The position numbers were made by a program, and so were the translations under genes. Shown in pieces: positions 62,201 through 64,000 of a stretch of DNA of 64,000 nt (its first letter is position 1; each line of letters starts with the position of its first letter). The DNA comes from Pocillopora damicornis (lineage: Eukaryota): positions 372,001 through 436,000 of the forward strand of contig NW_020846122.1 in NCBI RefSeq assembly GCF_003704095.1, in the 5' to 3' direction. The notes below the pieces were generated by a model, which had not been told where the DNA came from, ran no database searches, and was given only the letters and a program-made list of their open reading frames with translations.

Positions 62201-64000
62201 TGCACCAACTGATGAACGTTTTACTTTGTTCTTGACAGGAGCATGCTGTGAAAAGACTTGAACCAAGCTGGGAAGCCTTCAAACACTTTGAAGAGGAAAC
62301 ATTTTTGAGGTAAGTTAATGGTGAGGTAATTTTGCAACTCTTACCTAGATCTCCTTCGTTGTCACTGTAAACTATTCTGATGCTCTGATCACAGCTGTCG
62401 GTGAGAGAGGTTGTCGCATCATTGCGGCCAGGCCCTCTCCGTCGGAACTCGAACCGCAATGGCATGGATCTATAGCGCATTGAACGAACTAAGAGAGGCG
62501 CACAAAATACTAGAATCCCAATGTGCATTAATTGTTTTATTGATCGATTAACCGTTTGGAATTTCCAGGCCTGTCAAGGGACCTTTTGATCGTATGTCCA
62601 ACATCTCCAGCGAGAAGGTTGAAGAGAAGAGTCGATATTTCTCGCCGACATCAGGACGCTGGGTGAAAAGGTAAGAATGAATTAGATTTATTGAGTGTGG
62701 AAGATTAGGGGAATGCTGCACAGTTTTGTGCACGTGCATGCTCATTCGGTTCTGTTTTGCGGATGCAAAACTGACAAACTATCTTCTGCGTGAGGGAAAC
62801 AGGAAATCGTTATTTTTTAATCCCAAGGTTTCTCGATCGCTTTTTTTTTAAGATGGCAAACGCTCTTAGGTAGCCCCTAGTTTTTAAAAGTGACTAAGAA
62901 ACCTCCTAAGGACAACCCTTAAGATGAGATTGAAATACTAATAGTTCCTTTAGTTAAGAAAAGAATGAAATAATATATAAAAAAAAGGAAAACACAAGCC
63001 ACTAAGGATGGCAATGGTCAGTTGAAGATGCGATCACAGAACTTTTGAAAGGCTTTTACATGTGTATTTATGTATTAATTTATTTTATCATCACCATCGT
63101 CATCATTACCTTCATCCTTATCGTTGTTTTCTTAATCTTATTTTGATCTTGTGCTTTCAAGACACCCGGGATCCACGCCCTCCCAGAGACAGAGACGATT
63201 GTATACGTCATTAGCAATGGCTGAGGAAATCGACGCTGATCGTTCGTCTCCTCGGACCCAGTCACCAACACGGCCATCAATCCCACAGCCCTCCAAGGTA
63301 TGCTGCGCTCCAAAGCGGAGGCTCCATAGGAGGAGAGTGTGGGAGGAGGGGATTAGAAATACGCTATAGAAAGAGATGCTAAATTGGAAGAAATAAGATT
63401 ACAGGGGTTGTTTAGGTTATATAGCAATGCCCAATATGAAAAAGAGGGAAAAGCGTGAAAAAAAAAACAATTAACACCAGGAAGACTCCTCAAGAGCCGG
63501 GGAACTCTTTATGGTGGTAAAGTTATGCAAGGAAATACAGTAAAGTCAAAAAAAGGAAATGAATGGAGAAATCCCATGCGAGATCTCTTTCTAAGGTCGT
63601 AAGCAATATTCTTTTGTTATGAAGCACTTTTCGCATAGCTCTGAGGCCTTTTATAGGATTCAGTGATTGAACAGGGAGCGACTGCGGCGTAGATCCAAAA
63701 GAGTGAAACGTTGGATGGATTGAGACCAGACCCAGGCCTCCTCTTTTCCTCGCTGAGTCCTGAAATCGCGTCCTGTTAAGCAAGTGAATGCCACGAACAG
63801 ATGAACAGCTCTGTCAATGGACTGTTTTCAGTCTCTGTTTCGAGTCTCTAGGCAGAATTCTGCTTAAGCAGTTATTTGCTTATCCATTATCCTTTTAAAC
63901 TATTTATCTTACAGTTTTTTTTTGTTACAGGCCAAGAAGGCGAAACCCAAAGCCAAAAAGAAGACTAAAGCATCAAAGAATGTTTCTTTCGACTCCAAGA
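50295..64000 (+). CDS. RGS22: Regulator of G-protein signalling 22-like (multi-RGS-domain protein), 3'-truncated by the window edge
   Basis: N-terminus ITDETLEDRLAFDEIFVEYFNAFLALP and WVKTERLPLF...YLEYKL match RGS22. RGS-box motifs GMELFKTFLEDKSGKHLFHFWLDAERYK, LRSYWIPRFLVH, AGCPFKRYL and NLLFWLDV. Exons: 50295-50301 (ATGAAAG|gtacgt, less certain), 52666-52754, 53822-53997, 56240-56574, ~56781-56837 (acceptor in N gap), 57232-57449, 57883-58031, 58611-58656, 58746-58885, 59769-59972, 60315-60389, 61286-61431, 61642-61745, 62239-62309, 62569-62670, 63162-63297, 63931->64000. Confidence 0.85.
51708..51918. mobile_element. TTAA-flanked MITE, family A copy
   Basis: ttaaccctttacaccctcacatcagtatgcatattctcc...tttaaagggtgaa. 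Confidence 0.78.
54227..54539. mobile_element. MITE with TAGCCTGCAG terminal inverted repeats, inserted into a family-A MITE
   Basis: Begins tagcctgcag and ends ctgcaggcta. Host MITE sequence lies on both sides (54012-54226 and 54540-54565). Confidence 0.7.
58091..58225. mobile_element. Second copy of the fold-back MITE
   Basis: gatcaatgtcaatatctgagcaa...ttgctgagatactaacattgatc, colinear with 38804-38936. Confidence 0.8.
58255..58440 (-). mobile_element. Penelope-like-derived repeat (hammerhead family); further partial copies at ~35800-35935, ~48565-48680 and ~51325-51465
   Basis: Reverse-orientation tail and arm ggccaccgtaaagag...gctgacgttgcgagcgttagcccttcatc. Confidence 0.65.
59250..59506. 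mobile_element. Tourist/PIF-Harbinger-like MITE
   Basis: Imperfect TIRs GGGGCAGGTCATTATTTAT / ATAAATAATGAGTCGTCCT, flanked by TAA on both sides. Confidence 0.6.
60247..60274. repeat. Short interstitial telomeric-type (TAACCC)n tract
   Basis: taaccctaaccctaaccctaaccctaac. Confidence 0.85.

Overview
Eukaryotic, AT-rich, intron-rich animal DNA. The repeat families and protein divergence suggest a stony coral, probably Pocilloporidae (inference, not verified). I reconstructed six protein-coding genes by hand, each with GT-AG introns and consistent reading phase: (1) BBS9/PTHB1, minus strand, 25 exons, running off the left edge; (2) a 411-aa secreted protein with a signal peptide, an Ig-like domain lacking its canonical cysteines and two EPN-type C-type lectin domains, minus strand, 8 exons; (3) an orphan ~918-aa two-TM protein with a long acidic/Pro-Gln tail, plus strand, nested antisense in the intron that splits the first lectin domain of gene 2; (4) BTBD7, plus strand, 7 coding exons; (5) a class A peptide-receptor-like GPCR with an uninterrupted CDS and NRH in place of DRY, minus strand; (6) an RGS22-like multi-RGS-domain gene, plus strand, running off the right edge. 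Introns and intergenic DNA hold many MITEs, tRNA-derived elements and a palindromic family whose consensus matches the minimal hammerhead ribozyme of Penelope-like elements. The best candidates for something new are the nested lectin/orphan membrane-protein pair and the hammerhead-bearing repeat family. There is no CRISPR array or other prokaryotic feature.
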